The notes under the pieces: model-generated
The model's database searches: none
What the model saw: the letters and a program-made list of their open reading frames with translations, nothing else
Told to the model about the DNA's origin: nothing
Position numbers and translations under genes: made by a program
In this document: in pieces, positions 8,030 to 16,537 of the stretch
How the letters are laid out: every line of letters starts with the position of its first letter
Position numbering within the stretch: the first letter of the stretch is position 1
Sequence record: NC_070952.1
DNA: 64,000 nt
Reading direction: 5' to 3' (one strand)

Positions 8030-8908
8030 ATGAGCCAAACTCCGACCATCAACCAGTATTTACTGGATCTGTTGGTAGCGGGCCGTATCGCTGCTGCAGA
8101 GAAAACCAAAGATCCAAAAGCCATTGCTAAAGCTAATCGCGATTACAAAGACCTGAAAGAATCAGAAGTGACTTTCGGTCCATGGGCACGTGATGCAAAG
8201 ACCGGCGTCAACTCAGTGAAGTTGGTTGCTAAGAGCCGTAACTGGACTATTGAGAAGATGACTTTCAATACCGGTACTCTGGCTGCACTGTCACGTAAAA
8301 ACCAACAGGGTGCTGCTCTGATCTCAGCACTGGATCTGGTTTCTATCCCAAGTTTAATCTACGTCCAGGAAAACGATTCCCGTTACCTGGCAGTGGATGA
8401 CGGGGCCAATGTATTTGAGTCCCTGAAATTAACCGGGTACGAATTCCCTGCTAATTCTTTTGTCCCTACCATTTATGGTAAACCAAAAGAAGACAGCAAG
8501 GCCGTCGGCCAGGTTGATATCGACCACCCTATCGTGGCGGGTCGTTTCTTGCTTTATTACATCACGTCCAGCGCTAAGAAGGGATCTGATGATGATGAAG
8601 TGCAACCTACAGATCAGGAAACCACTGATCTATCTTTGAAAGGTGAAACTAACGTGAGTTCAGATAACACCCAAGACCAAGCTCAAGCCAACTCTAATGA
8701 AGGCGATCAGGCAAACCCAGGCAGCACGCAGACCGAACTGAAAACTCCAAAAGAGCCAGGTCAGTCAGCGCCAACTGCAGGTGACACTCAGGCTAACTCA
8801 GCTGACGGTACCGCTGACCCTGTCGAAACTGCCAAAGAGAACGAGCAAACTGCTAAAGAAAATGCAGAAGGTTTCGAAGAGAAGCAACAGCAGAACAAAG
8901 TTAAATAA
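8030..8908 (+). CDS. hypothetical protein, possibly virion-associated, with disordered acidic C-terminus
   Basis: Continuous ORF; last ~110 aa are D/E/Q/T/N-rich low complexity. Confidence 0.6.
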   Translation: MSQTPTINQYLLDLLVAGRIAAAEKTKDPKAIAKANRDYKDLKESEVTFGPWARDAKTGVNSVKLVAKSRNWTIEKMTFNTGTLAALSRKNQQGAALISALDLVSIPSLIYVQENDSRYLAVDDGANVFESLKLTGYEFPANSFVPTIYGKPKEDSKAVGQVDIDHPIVAGRFLLYYITSSAKKGSDDDEVQPTDQETTDLSLKGETNVSSDNTQDQAQANSNEGDQANPGSTQTELKTPKEPGQSAPTAGDTQANSADGTADPVETAKENEQTAKENAEGFEEKQQQNKVK

Positions 8909-8925
8909 TTAACGCGTTCTTGATT

Positions 8926-8957
8926 AAGTCTAAGGTGGGGAAACCTGCCTTAGACTT
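8926..8957 (+). terminator. terminator hairpin
   Basis: AAGTCTAAGGTGGG-GAAA-CCTGCCTTAGACTT. Confidence 0.65.
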
Positions 8958-8989
8958 ATGTATGTTCATTTACATTATTTTTTAGATTG

Positions 8990-9007
8990 ATATCATTACT
9001 ATGTACA
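8990..9007 (+). promoter_or_regulatory. candidate phage early promoter motif
   Basis: ATATCATTACTATGTACA. Confidence 0.5.
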
Positions 9008-9038
9008 ACTCACATTAATTTCATTAAGGACTTTAGAT

Positions 9039-9527
9039 ATGTTTAACTTAGCGAATACTGAACTGACCCCAAGCAAGTACCTCTTCCAGTTGGTCATGGA
9101 AATCCGTAAAGAACGTGATGAGCTGAAAAAGAACGCCTCAGGAAAAGCGGTCAGCTGCGCGTTGATTCACACCTTAACCTTTAAAGAGGGTGAGGAAGTT
9201 GAATCGGCTAAGCTTCAGTACAGCATGGCTGATGTTGATCGTGATGGGGTGAAACCTGCTGAGTATCATTCTGTTGAATTGGCGGATGGGGGTAATTACC
9301 AATTCGAATATTTGACCGGGTTGATTTCGTCTGCAGCCGAGCATTGCAATATGTTGATTGACTCATTTGCGATGAACGGTGACGTCATGTATAAAGATGA
9401 CATTGTCAACAGCGTCAATGAATTTATCCTGGGTAATCTGACCGCACTGTATGTCTATGACGGTTACTCTGTTCAGACATCCGTTGTAGCCGGCGGTATT
9501 GCCGATATCACTGTTACGGTGGCCTAA
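9039..9527 (+). CDS. hypothetical protein
   Basis: AAGGA RBS; continuous ORF. Confidence 0.7.
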   Translation: MFNLANTELTPSKYLFQLVMEIRKERDELKKNASGKAVSCALIHTLTFKEGEEVESAKLQYSMADVDRDGVKPAEYHSVELADGGNYQFEYLTGLISSAAEHCNMLIDSFAMNGDVMYKDDIVNSVNEFILGNLTALYVYDGYSVQTSVVAGGIADITVTVA

Positions 9528-10030
9528 TGCACATCTACTTGAAGTCCGGTGGGTTAGTTTGTTTAACCGTACCTGAGAATGTGGAGGATGGTTGGAATCG
9601 GATTATCCTTTCCCCGACCGGTCATCCAATCATAACCGCCTTATCTGATGATGTGACGGTAGTCAAATATCACGACCGTACAGATGGGTTGCTAATCATC
9701 TTTCCCCCAGACAGTAAAGAAAAAGCAGTGTGCATGAATTTGCATAATTTGCCAGATACTAATAAACGCCGGGAATTAATCCACGCAGTCTTTGCTAATC
9801 TCCTGGATTACAACGACGGTCGATTAAGTAACGGTAAACGTAATAAAGCAATTATTGTTGTCAGGCCATTATTGCCAGACGTTGTCCGTAATCACGTTGG
9901 AAATAAAGAAGACGGTATTACCTTCTATCTTTACAAAAATCAGCTTTCTGTCTACAAAGACAAATCGCTTAAGGTCAAATTAAGACACTACGCATTCTTC
10001 TCACGCAATATCAAGGATTCACTGTTATGA
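9527..10030 (+). CDS. hypothetical protein
   Basis: TAATG stop/start coupling. Confidence 0.65.
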   Translation: MHIYLKSGGLVCLTVPENVEDGWNRIILSPTGHPIITALSDDVTVVKYHDRTDGLLIIFPPDSKEKAVCMNLHNLPDTNKRRELIHAVFANLLDYNDGRLSNGKRNKAIIVVRPLLPDVVRNHVGNKEDGITFYLYKNQLSVYKDKSLKVKLRHYAFFSRNIKDSLL

Positions 10031-10701
10031 TTGATACACTCATCGGAGCATTAAAAATCTCCCTGAACCAATGCAACACCATCGAGCACCCTGTTGAATA
10101 TGTTTATGAAATCAACCAGGTATTGAACCGCTTTAAAAGTAATCTGTTCAAGCTGATCCCTGACAAGGCTAAACATCTTTACGATCCCAAAGAGTTTATC
10201 CAGCTGCGGCTTTGTTTGGGGTGGAAAATCAACCCAACGTATACCGGCTTCCTCTCAATTAAAGAACAGTCTCCAGTTCTGCTGCATGTTAACGGGTTCA
10301 TTCCTGAACTGGGTTTACGCAAGAATAAAGAGACCACCTTTATTAAAGCAGTGGATGTGTCTGACATCATTAATCTGGAAAAGATCGCCACGATTAGAAC
10401 GGATTATAACCTTCTTAAAACTGAAACTATTTCTGAGATTAAAACCATCGAAGAACATCTGGGTCATACTCACGGACTGTGTGTTTATTATGATCGTGAA
10501 GCACGTAACGATGGGGTGCAAGATTTCACCATGCAAATTGCTGCCGTGGTGTACTCGCAAGTTGATTCCCTTCGTTATCAGCTTGTTCCAGTTGTAGTTC
10601 AACCCAAGTATGCTCACTGCAAAGTGGCGGGTGCTATAGCGGGACGTAAAAGTGCGATAAGTCGTGGATGGGTTGACCATTCTCAAGTTCAGGCAGTGTA
10701 G
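10027..10701 (+). CDS. hypothetical protein
   Basis: ATGA overlap with the previous gene. Confidence 0.65.
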   Translation: MIDTLIGALKISLNQCNTIEHPVEYVYEINQVLNRFKSNLFKLIPDKAKHLYDPKEFIQLRLCLGWKINPTYTGFLSIKEQSPVLLHVNGFIPELGLRKNKETTFIKAVDVSDIINLEKIATIRTDYNLLKTETISEIKTIEEHLGHTHGLCVYYDREARNDGVQDFTMQIAAVVYSQVDSLRYQLVPVVVQPKYAHCKVAGAIAGRKSAISRGWVDHSQVQAV

Positions 10702-10719
10702 AACAGTACTGGATACTTT

Positions 10720-11352
10720 ATGCATACCTATCAAAGCGCTTTTACAAGTCGACCAGTACCTGTAGCAGTTACCCCTACTTTACTGGGTGCTACGATACAA
10801 GTTCTCGACATTAAGAAAGATTGTTTTTACGGGGCTTCTCCCAAGACTGAAAATGGACCATTAGTTATACTGCCTACGGCGGTAAAGCCTGATAATATTC
10901 CAAGCATTCGTGCGGGTGATTATGAAGGGCTGGCATCATCAATTTTTAAATCATCGGTAGTCTTCATGTATACTGATAAGCGTGGTATCTATTTGGATTA
11001 TCACGCTCCGAACAACAGTAAAGATAAAATGCTTGCGTTGTTTGTAGAATGGAAAGAAGTAGGTGTACAGAATCCCAGTCAAAGCGATTTTGACTTGTTC
11101 CTCTGCTACCTTAAGAAAGGAATGTTAGAAAAGCATTTTATTACTATTTTGGCTCAAGGTAATAAAGCACGAAAAGCGATCTTTAAAGCAATTGATTCTA
11201 TTGCCTTCTCAATGTATGAACGATACAACATTGGGAATAACTGTCGGATTGAAACCGGTTATCATGGTGGATGGGATTTGGTTGACAATCTCAAAATTAT
11301 TCGCCATGCAGTTTGCTTAGAACAACTGACTTTGAAGTTAGTCAAACATTAA
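10720..11352 (+). CDS. hypothetical protein
   Basis: 210-aa ORF ending before a convergent hairpin. Confidence 0.65.
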   Translation: MHTYQSAFTSRPVPVAVTPTLLGATIQVLDIKKDCFYGASPKTENGPLVILPTAVKPDNIPSIRAGDYEGLASSIFKSSVVFMYTDKRGIYLDYHAPNNSKDKMLALFVEWKEVGVQNPSQSDFDLFLCYLKKGMLEKHFITILAQGNKARKAIFKAIDSIAFSMYERYNIGNNCRIETGYHGGWDLVDNLKIIRHAVCLEQLTLKLVKH

Positions 11353-11359
11353 GAAAGAT

Positions 11360-11390
11360 ACTCCACTCTCCCATCACGGGAGAGTGGAGT
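11360..11390. terminator. bidirectional terminator hairpin (TACTC-like family)
   Basis: ACTCCACTCTCCC-ATCAC-GGGAGAGTGGAGT between convergent genes. Confidence 0.7.
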
Positions 11391-11400
11391 TAATCTTGTT

Positions 11401-12063
11401 TTATTTTTCTGTTGTGGTAGCGGTTTGAGCAGCTTGCAACGCAGCTTCCAGTTCTGCAATATACGCAGCCTGTTGCGCAACGGTAGCATTGGCATTATTC
11501 AACCGGATCAGATCAGAAGGGTTCTCTTGGATCTGTTGTTGTCGGGTATTCTCCCACGCCTCTGCTTGTTCTTTAGGAACGTAGCCGCGTGTTTGAATAG
11601 TTCCAAGAACTGTTCGAGGATTTGCCAACCCCAAGTTATCTTTCATATAGTTATTGAAATGATCAATAGCTGAATTCAAGAGATCTTTAAATGCCGGCGG
11701 GACTGCACCACAATCAGTGATGATACACAGGTGTTCGTAAATGACCCCATCAACCAACGGGAATGACTTGATGTAAGTAGAAGGAACATACACATCAGGT
11801 GCGTTCTTACTGGACAGCACAATGATTGCACCATTGAGATTAGTCAATGTCGCTAACTGTGCCTGATAGGTTGCGTCATCCGCCCCTGCAGGTTCCCAGA
11901 CCGTCTTAAACAGATCAGTCTTTCTTGCCTGCAATTGAGCTGGGGTTACCACGTCTTCTACTTTATAGAAGCTCGCAGGTTTAACCACACTGTCAAAAGG
12001 CGGATTGGCTTCGAACGAACCCTGAGCATAGAGCTGAGGAATTATGTTCGTGTTTGTACTCAT
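11401..12063 (-). CDS. probable virion structural protein (phiKZ-like core)
   Basis: Coupled to the 443-aa gene; C-terminal coiled coil; position in core block. Confidence 0.55.
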   Translation of the reverse strand: MSTNTNIIPQLYAQGSFEANPPFDSVVKPASFYKVEDVVTPAQLQARKTDLFKTVWEPAGADDATYQAQLATLTNLNGAIIVLSSKNAPDVYVPSTYIKSFPLVDGVIYEHLCIITDCGAVPPAFKDLLNSAIDHFNNYMKDNLGLANPRTVLGTIQTRGYVPKEQAEAWENTRQQQIQENPSDLIRLNNANATVAQQAAYIAELEAALQAAQTATTTEK

Positions 12064-13391
12064 TCGGTCAGGATTCCATCTTTAACGAATTGATAACGGG
12101 TGATCATGCTAATCTTCACATTGGAAGTTCGGCGCGTAATATAAAGCATCCCGTTTTTCGTCACACGCTGAATACCCGTTGGTGGCATACCGTCAGGAGT
12201 CACTGTCATCCCAGCAGCCAGCATCCCTTCCAGGTCAAAGATAAACTGTGAAGTGGATTTACTCATCATCCCAGCTTGGGAATCCGTCGATGGAATAAGC
12301 TGATAATCCGGGAAGATTTGGTTGATCAAAGTAAGATCATTGTGGTTAGTTGGCTTCCCAATAAAGGCCATATGTGCGGACTTATATAAGGAAGGAACGA
12401 CCTGCAACGATTTTATGATCTGACTGCTATCCCAAAGGGCACCATATTTCATCGGGAGGTCAGTACCACCGTCATAAGTAAAGATAGGACTGAAGGTGGA
12501 ACCGGCAACGGTTTCGTTCTGGATACCGATCTTATTCCAGAAAGGAACAATAGCGAATTCTAACGGGTTGAACAAATCGGGGATGACATCGGCCCATTTG
12601 GTTTCATCGTATTTAGAATTCGAGAGTATGCACTCTTTAATTTGTTCATACGTTTGTTCTTCCGCGTCGTTCGGATTTCCATAATAAATCACCGTCCAGT
12701 CACCGGTATTTTTATTTGGTGTATTAACCAGATCGTAAATATCAAAACTGTACACCACGCGTGCACTGTAAGGAGGATAATCTTTCCCTAAGAGTGCATC
12801 AACACGAGCTTCAATTTTTGAAGTGGTTTGCGCCTGGATCAATTGCAAGACTTGCTTGAAGTTCTTATCGGCAAGAGAATCGATATCTGTAATGGGGATG
12901 GGATGGACCACATAGATTTCGCGATAAGGGAATTCCACAGCGAAGTACTCATTAGCAAGCCAAATTTTGAAGTCGTGAGTTACTGTTCCCACTTTCAAAG
13001 TAAAGCTGATGCTAGAGGGTAACCAGATCGCATTGTTGGTGACCATCACACCGACATCAGTCCAAGTCCAATCTGCGACATAAGTTGCTTTAAGTAACTG
13101 CAGACAGGCTTGAGTTGAATTTGTGGTTTTGTTTGCTTTAGCTTGCTCGTAAAGCCAATTGGTCATGTCAGTTATAGGTTTAATGAATGCGTCTGGAATC
13201 TTCTCGTAATTTGAAGTTTCTGAGACACCACGGAATCCCACCAAAGTAATCGGTACACCGGACTGGTTATAATAGTCGGGCTCTTTGGCGTAAGTGATCG
13301 TGTTATTCGTTAATTCGCCTAATGGTGACGTTGATCCATTGATAATCAAGTCATTGATTACAGCAAAGCAACTATAGAGGTTTGTTGACAT
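12060..13391 (-). CDS. probable virion structural protein (phiKZ-like core)
   Basis: 443-aa ORF with AAAGG RBS; next to the RNase H-like gene, as I recall for phiKZ relatives. Confidence 0.55.
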   Translation of the reverse strand: MSTNLYSCFAVINDLIINGSTSPLGELTNNTITYAKEPDYYNQSGVPITLVGFRGVSETSNYEKIPDAFIKPITDMTNWLYEQAKANKTTNSTQACLQLLKATYVADWTWTDVGVMVTNNAIWLPSSISFTLKVGTVTHDFKIWLANEYFAVEFPYREIYVVHPIPITDIDSLADKNFKQVLQLIQAQTTSKIEARVDALLGKDYPPYSARVVYSFDIYDLVNTPNKNTGDWTVIYYGNPNDAEEQTYEQIKECILSNSKYDETKWADVIPDLFNPLEFAIVPFWNKIGIQNETVAGSTFSPIFTYDGGTDLPMKYGALWDSSQIIKSLQVVPSLYKSAHMAFIGKPTNHNDLTLINQIFPDYQLIPSTDSQAGMMSKSTSQFIFDLEGMLAAGMTVTPDGMPPTGIQRVTKNGMLYITRRTSNVKISMITRYQFVKDGILTE

Positions 13392-13441
13392 AGATTAACC
13401 TTTAGCTATAATAAACATATTAATTTGGTGGAACCGCAGCA

Positions 13442-13849
13442 ATGAACATTTTTCTTAGGGAACTAACCAACAGGATCATCAGTTATCTCATCCGAGTATC
13501 CAAAGGTGCTACCTATGAAGAGAAACAAGAACATCTTCTTAAGAAGGTGCTTTTGTTCGCTCTCATGATGGCAATTATGGGCGCAACGATGACCGCTAAG
13601 TATATTGTTACCGGTTGGTATATGAGTGATCTGGAGCGTTCTGTCGAGAAGATTGATACCTTCATGGGAACGCAGCAGGAAAACATGAACCAGTTGTTCC
13701 GCATTAACACTGATCAGTATGGCGAAATCCAAAAGAAAAATAATACACTGAAAGAAATGGAATCAGATATTCGGAAACTTATGGATGATAACGCCAAACT
13801 CAAAGCTGAAAACCAAGAGTTAACTGAAAAGCAAGCAGGGAAGAAATAA
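13442..13849 (+). CDS. single-TM protein with C-terminal coiled coil
   Basis: VLLFALMMAIMGATMTA then a heptad-rich tail. Confidence 0.65.
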   Translation: MNIFLRELTNRIISYLIRVSKGATYEEKQEHLLKKVLLFALMMAIMGATMTAKYIVTGWYMSDLERSVEKIDTFMGTQQENMNQLFRINTDQYGEIQKKNNTLKEMESDIRKLMDDNAKLKAENQELTEKQAGKK

Positions 13850-13907
13850 AATAACACAAGGACGTGAATTAGTTGTTACATAACAAAAACACGTCAGGTA
13901 TTTACAG

Positions 13908-15329
13908 ATGAACATTGTCTATTACATTGTTAGCTCATTCATTAAAGATAAGAACGTAGGTCTTGCTGGCGGTCACGGATACTCTTATGATCCAGCCAAA
14001 GAAAGCAGGCGGAAACTTATCAAGGACACGCCCTCCGTTTACGGTTTCTTTGTGAATGGTAACTATCAAAGTATCCCAGTGGATATGATCGATATTTATA
14101 ACGGCCGTGTTCTTAATCAACCGAATGAAACGACGGCTTTCTTACTTCAACTTGAAATGATAATCAATGAATGGTTAACGAATAAAGTTGATGGTAACAA
14201 GCTGTTGGTTATTACCAACTGTACCAAAGGACACAAAATGGTTACGGCGGGACGTCATCCTGATTCAGTGGATGCCGAACTGTTTCGTCGTGTTCATGCC
14301 TTGTATGACGAGCACAAGAAAGACATCATTCTTGATATCGAGTATTACGCAAAAGGCGGTGAAGGTCCTAAGGTTGCACACAAGCAATTGGAACTTGCTA
14401 TTGCACTTTCTGAATTGCCGGCTTCCGGTGCAGTGGTATTGGATAAGCTTGACCTGAAAGCATACAAAGATCCCGAAGTCGATTTTAATAAACTGGTTAC
14501 TGCCTCACGTTGGTATTTCAACACGGGTGACAAATCAGATTTCTTTAATGTCGATGACCTGGGGTATCGTAAATATACTTTCGGTCGTGTTGACCCAGAT
14601 AAAAACTACTACGGCAAAGCAACACCTGATGTTTACTATTCCTCACTTTATACCAAAACGCCTATTACGGTGTTGGACAAGCTGTTTAACTTCTGTCAAG
14701 AAAATAAACCGAATCCATACAACATCATGTCAGCAGGTAACCTGAACTTTATCAAGTCCAAAGAGATTGCGCGTGTTATCGACACAATCCCTGGGGTCTT
14801 TGGTAAGAAAGATCTGGTCGCACCAATGACAGTGGGTAGTACCGAGGAAGCAGTACTGGTAGAATTCATTGACCCACCAGGGTTAAGTTATCGCATTCGT
14901 GATTCACACATTCGGTTAGACCTACTTCATGGGTTCTTCCGTAAGCGTGACGACAAAGGCTGGTACCGTAACAACCAGTTTATTGATATCACTGATAACT
15001 TCTTTATCAAAGATCCAAAGGGTAAATGGAAGATCCACCCGGACTTTACCAACAACACCTTAACTGTTCCAATTAAAATCGAAGCACCTGGATGTGTTAA
15101 GCCGGTCACCATTAACTTGTCGGTTAAATATGACACACCAGAGCGTAACTCGCTGAACAGCTTAATCACGAATAAGGTAGAAGAGATCAAAGTGTATTTA
15201 GCTTTGGACTTTAATGACCCAGCTGGAGTGTGTTACTCCACTATCGTCAGTACGCCTGATTTTGATTACGTTCATTCAAACAGTATCGCAAACCTTCGTG
15301 TATATAGCCTAAAAGAATTAGGCAGATAA
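13908..15329 (+). CDS. RNase H-like protein (phiKZ gp155-like), catalytic acids apparently lost
   Basis: RNase H strand/helix order with GGHGYSY; synteny with UvsX and the RNAP beta C-terminal gene. Confidence 0.55.
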   Translation: MNIVYYIVSSFIKDKNVGLAGGHGYSYDPAKESRRKLIKDTPSVYGFFVNGNYQSIPVDMIDIYNGRVLNQPNETTAFLLQLEMIINEWLTNKVDGNKLLVITNCTKGHKMVTAGRHPDSVDAELFRRVHALYDEHKKDIILDIEYYAKGGEGPKVAHKQLELAIALSELPASGAVVLDKLDLKAYKDPEVDFNKLVTASRWYFNTGDKSDFFNVDDLGYRKYTFGRVDPDKNYYGKATPDVYYSSLYTKTPITVLDKLFNFCQENKPNPYNIMSAGNLNFIKSKEIARVIDTIPGVFGKKDLVAPMTVGSTEEAVLVEFIDPPGLSYRIRDSHIRLDLLHGFFRKRDDKGWYRNNQFIDITDNFFIKDPKGKWKIHPDFTNNTLTVPIKIEAPGCVKPVTINLSVKYDTPERNSLNSLITNKVEEIKVYLALDFNDPAGVCYSTIVSTPDFDYVHSNSIANLRVYSLKELGR

Positions 15330-15360
15330 CTATAAAGCAATTTCTTTACTTTACTCAAAG

Positions 15361-15389
15361 CCTCTCTACTCCCAATGGGAGTAGAGAGG
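15361..15389. terminator. bidirectional terminator hairpin (TACTC family)
   Basis: CCTCTCTACTCCC-AAT-GGGAGTAGAGAGG between convergent genes. Confidence 0.7.
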
Positions 15390-15410
15390 TATAAGTATGT
15401 TTATTTCTTT

Positions 15411-16466
15411 TTACAGTGCATCCAACGCCATTTGCAGGTATTGGTTTGAAGCTTCACTGGTATGCTTCATGGCTTCTGTTAATCTTGCTTTGATTTCTGC
15501 TGTTTCAATCTGGCCAGCAGTTTTGAGTAACTGAGAATCCAGTGTCAAAACCAGGTCACGCATTTTGTTAGCCGCATTACCTAACTCTACTACTACTTTA
15601 GCCGCACGAGAAACTTGGCGAGAACGTTCATCCTCAACGCCAAATGGTCCCTCACTGTTCATCTTCTCTAAGCGCTTGGTGGCTTCCACCAATGCTGTAT
15701 CAAATTCACGTGCTATCTTAACGATTCGCTCAGCCGCTAAGTTGATCGTTTTGGTATCGGCGAAACTTAACAGAACTTTGGATCCACTAATCCCTGTCTT
15801 TGAATAGAGAATTAAAAACTTATCAATTCCCAGTTCTTTAGAAATGATTTGCTCTGGATCGACACGTTCAATCTCTTCAATGTTTTTAGCAACAGAGTCT
15901 AATCGAGAAGTTAGCTTAACCCCCATCTCGTTGATCAGTTTTTCTGAACGATCGTGTTCGACCAATGGAGCGTGTTCAATCACAGTTTCGTTGATAATTT
16001 TACGATCTTCGTTTTGAACTTTTTTGATTGCATTCAATGCTTTAATGCGTTGAGCAACTTGGATTTTACTTTCTTCGATTGATTTTTCAATCGTTACTTC
16101 AGGGAGAGACATCTCTGTCGGATGATCGATTAACTTATCAAGATCAATTGAAGTTTTAGTGATTGATCTCTGGACCTCGATTACTTCGCGCCGAGGCTTA
16201 CCAAACAACCATTCCTTGATTGCCTTGATAATGGATTTGATCCATTCGTAGACTTTGCTGGCTCCACGTTTGATATTGTCCAGGAAACCTTCCTGACCAT
16301 CAATGATGTCATAAGTCCCACCGTCTAACTTCAGTACCGTTTCAGTGTAAACTGCTTCGGATGTTTTAGGTGCGGTGTGATCGGTAATATCGCGCAAGTC
16401 ATCAAGTCCAACTAGTAATTCTGCTTCATGTTCGAAGCCTGCTACTACAGCAAAAGAACGTTCCAT
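15411..16466 (-). CDS. putative internal head/ejection protein, paralog of 19863..20681
   Basis: DGQEGFLDNIKRGASKVYEWI: G-x-E processing-type motif plus amphipathic helix. Confidence 0.6.
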   Translation of the reverse strand: MERSFAVVAGFEHEAELLVGLDDLRDITDHTAPKTSEAVYTETVLKLDGGTYDIIDGQEGFLDNIKRGASKVYEWIKSIIKAIKEWLFGKPRREVIEVQRSITKTSIDLDKLIDHPTEMSLPEVTIEKSIEESKIQVAQRIKALNAIKKVQNEDRKIINETVIEHAPLVEHDRSEKLINEMGVKLTSRLDSVAKNIEEIERVDPEQIISKELGIDKFLILYSKTGISGSKVLLSFADTKTINLAAERIVKIAREFDTALVEATKRLEKMNSEGPFGVEDERSRQVSRAAKVVVELGNAANKMRDLVLTLDSQLLKTAGQIETAEIKARLTEAMKHTSEASNQYLQMALDAL

Positions 16467-16537
16467 AATAAACCTTAATAATGAGGGTGAGATAATAACA
16501 AATAATCCTACCCGCCTTTCGACAGGTAGGAATATGA

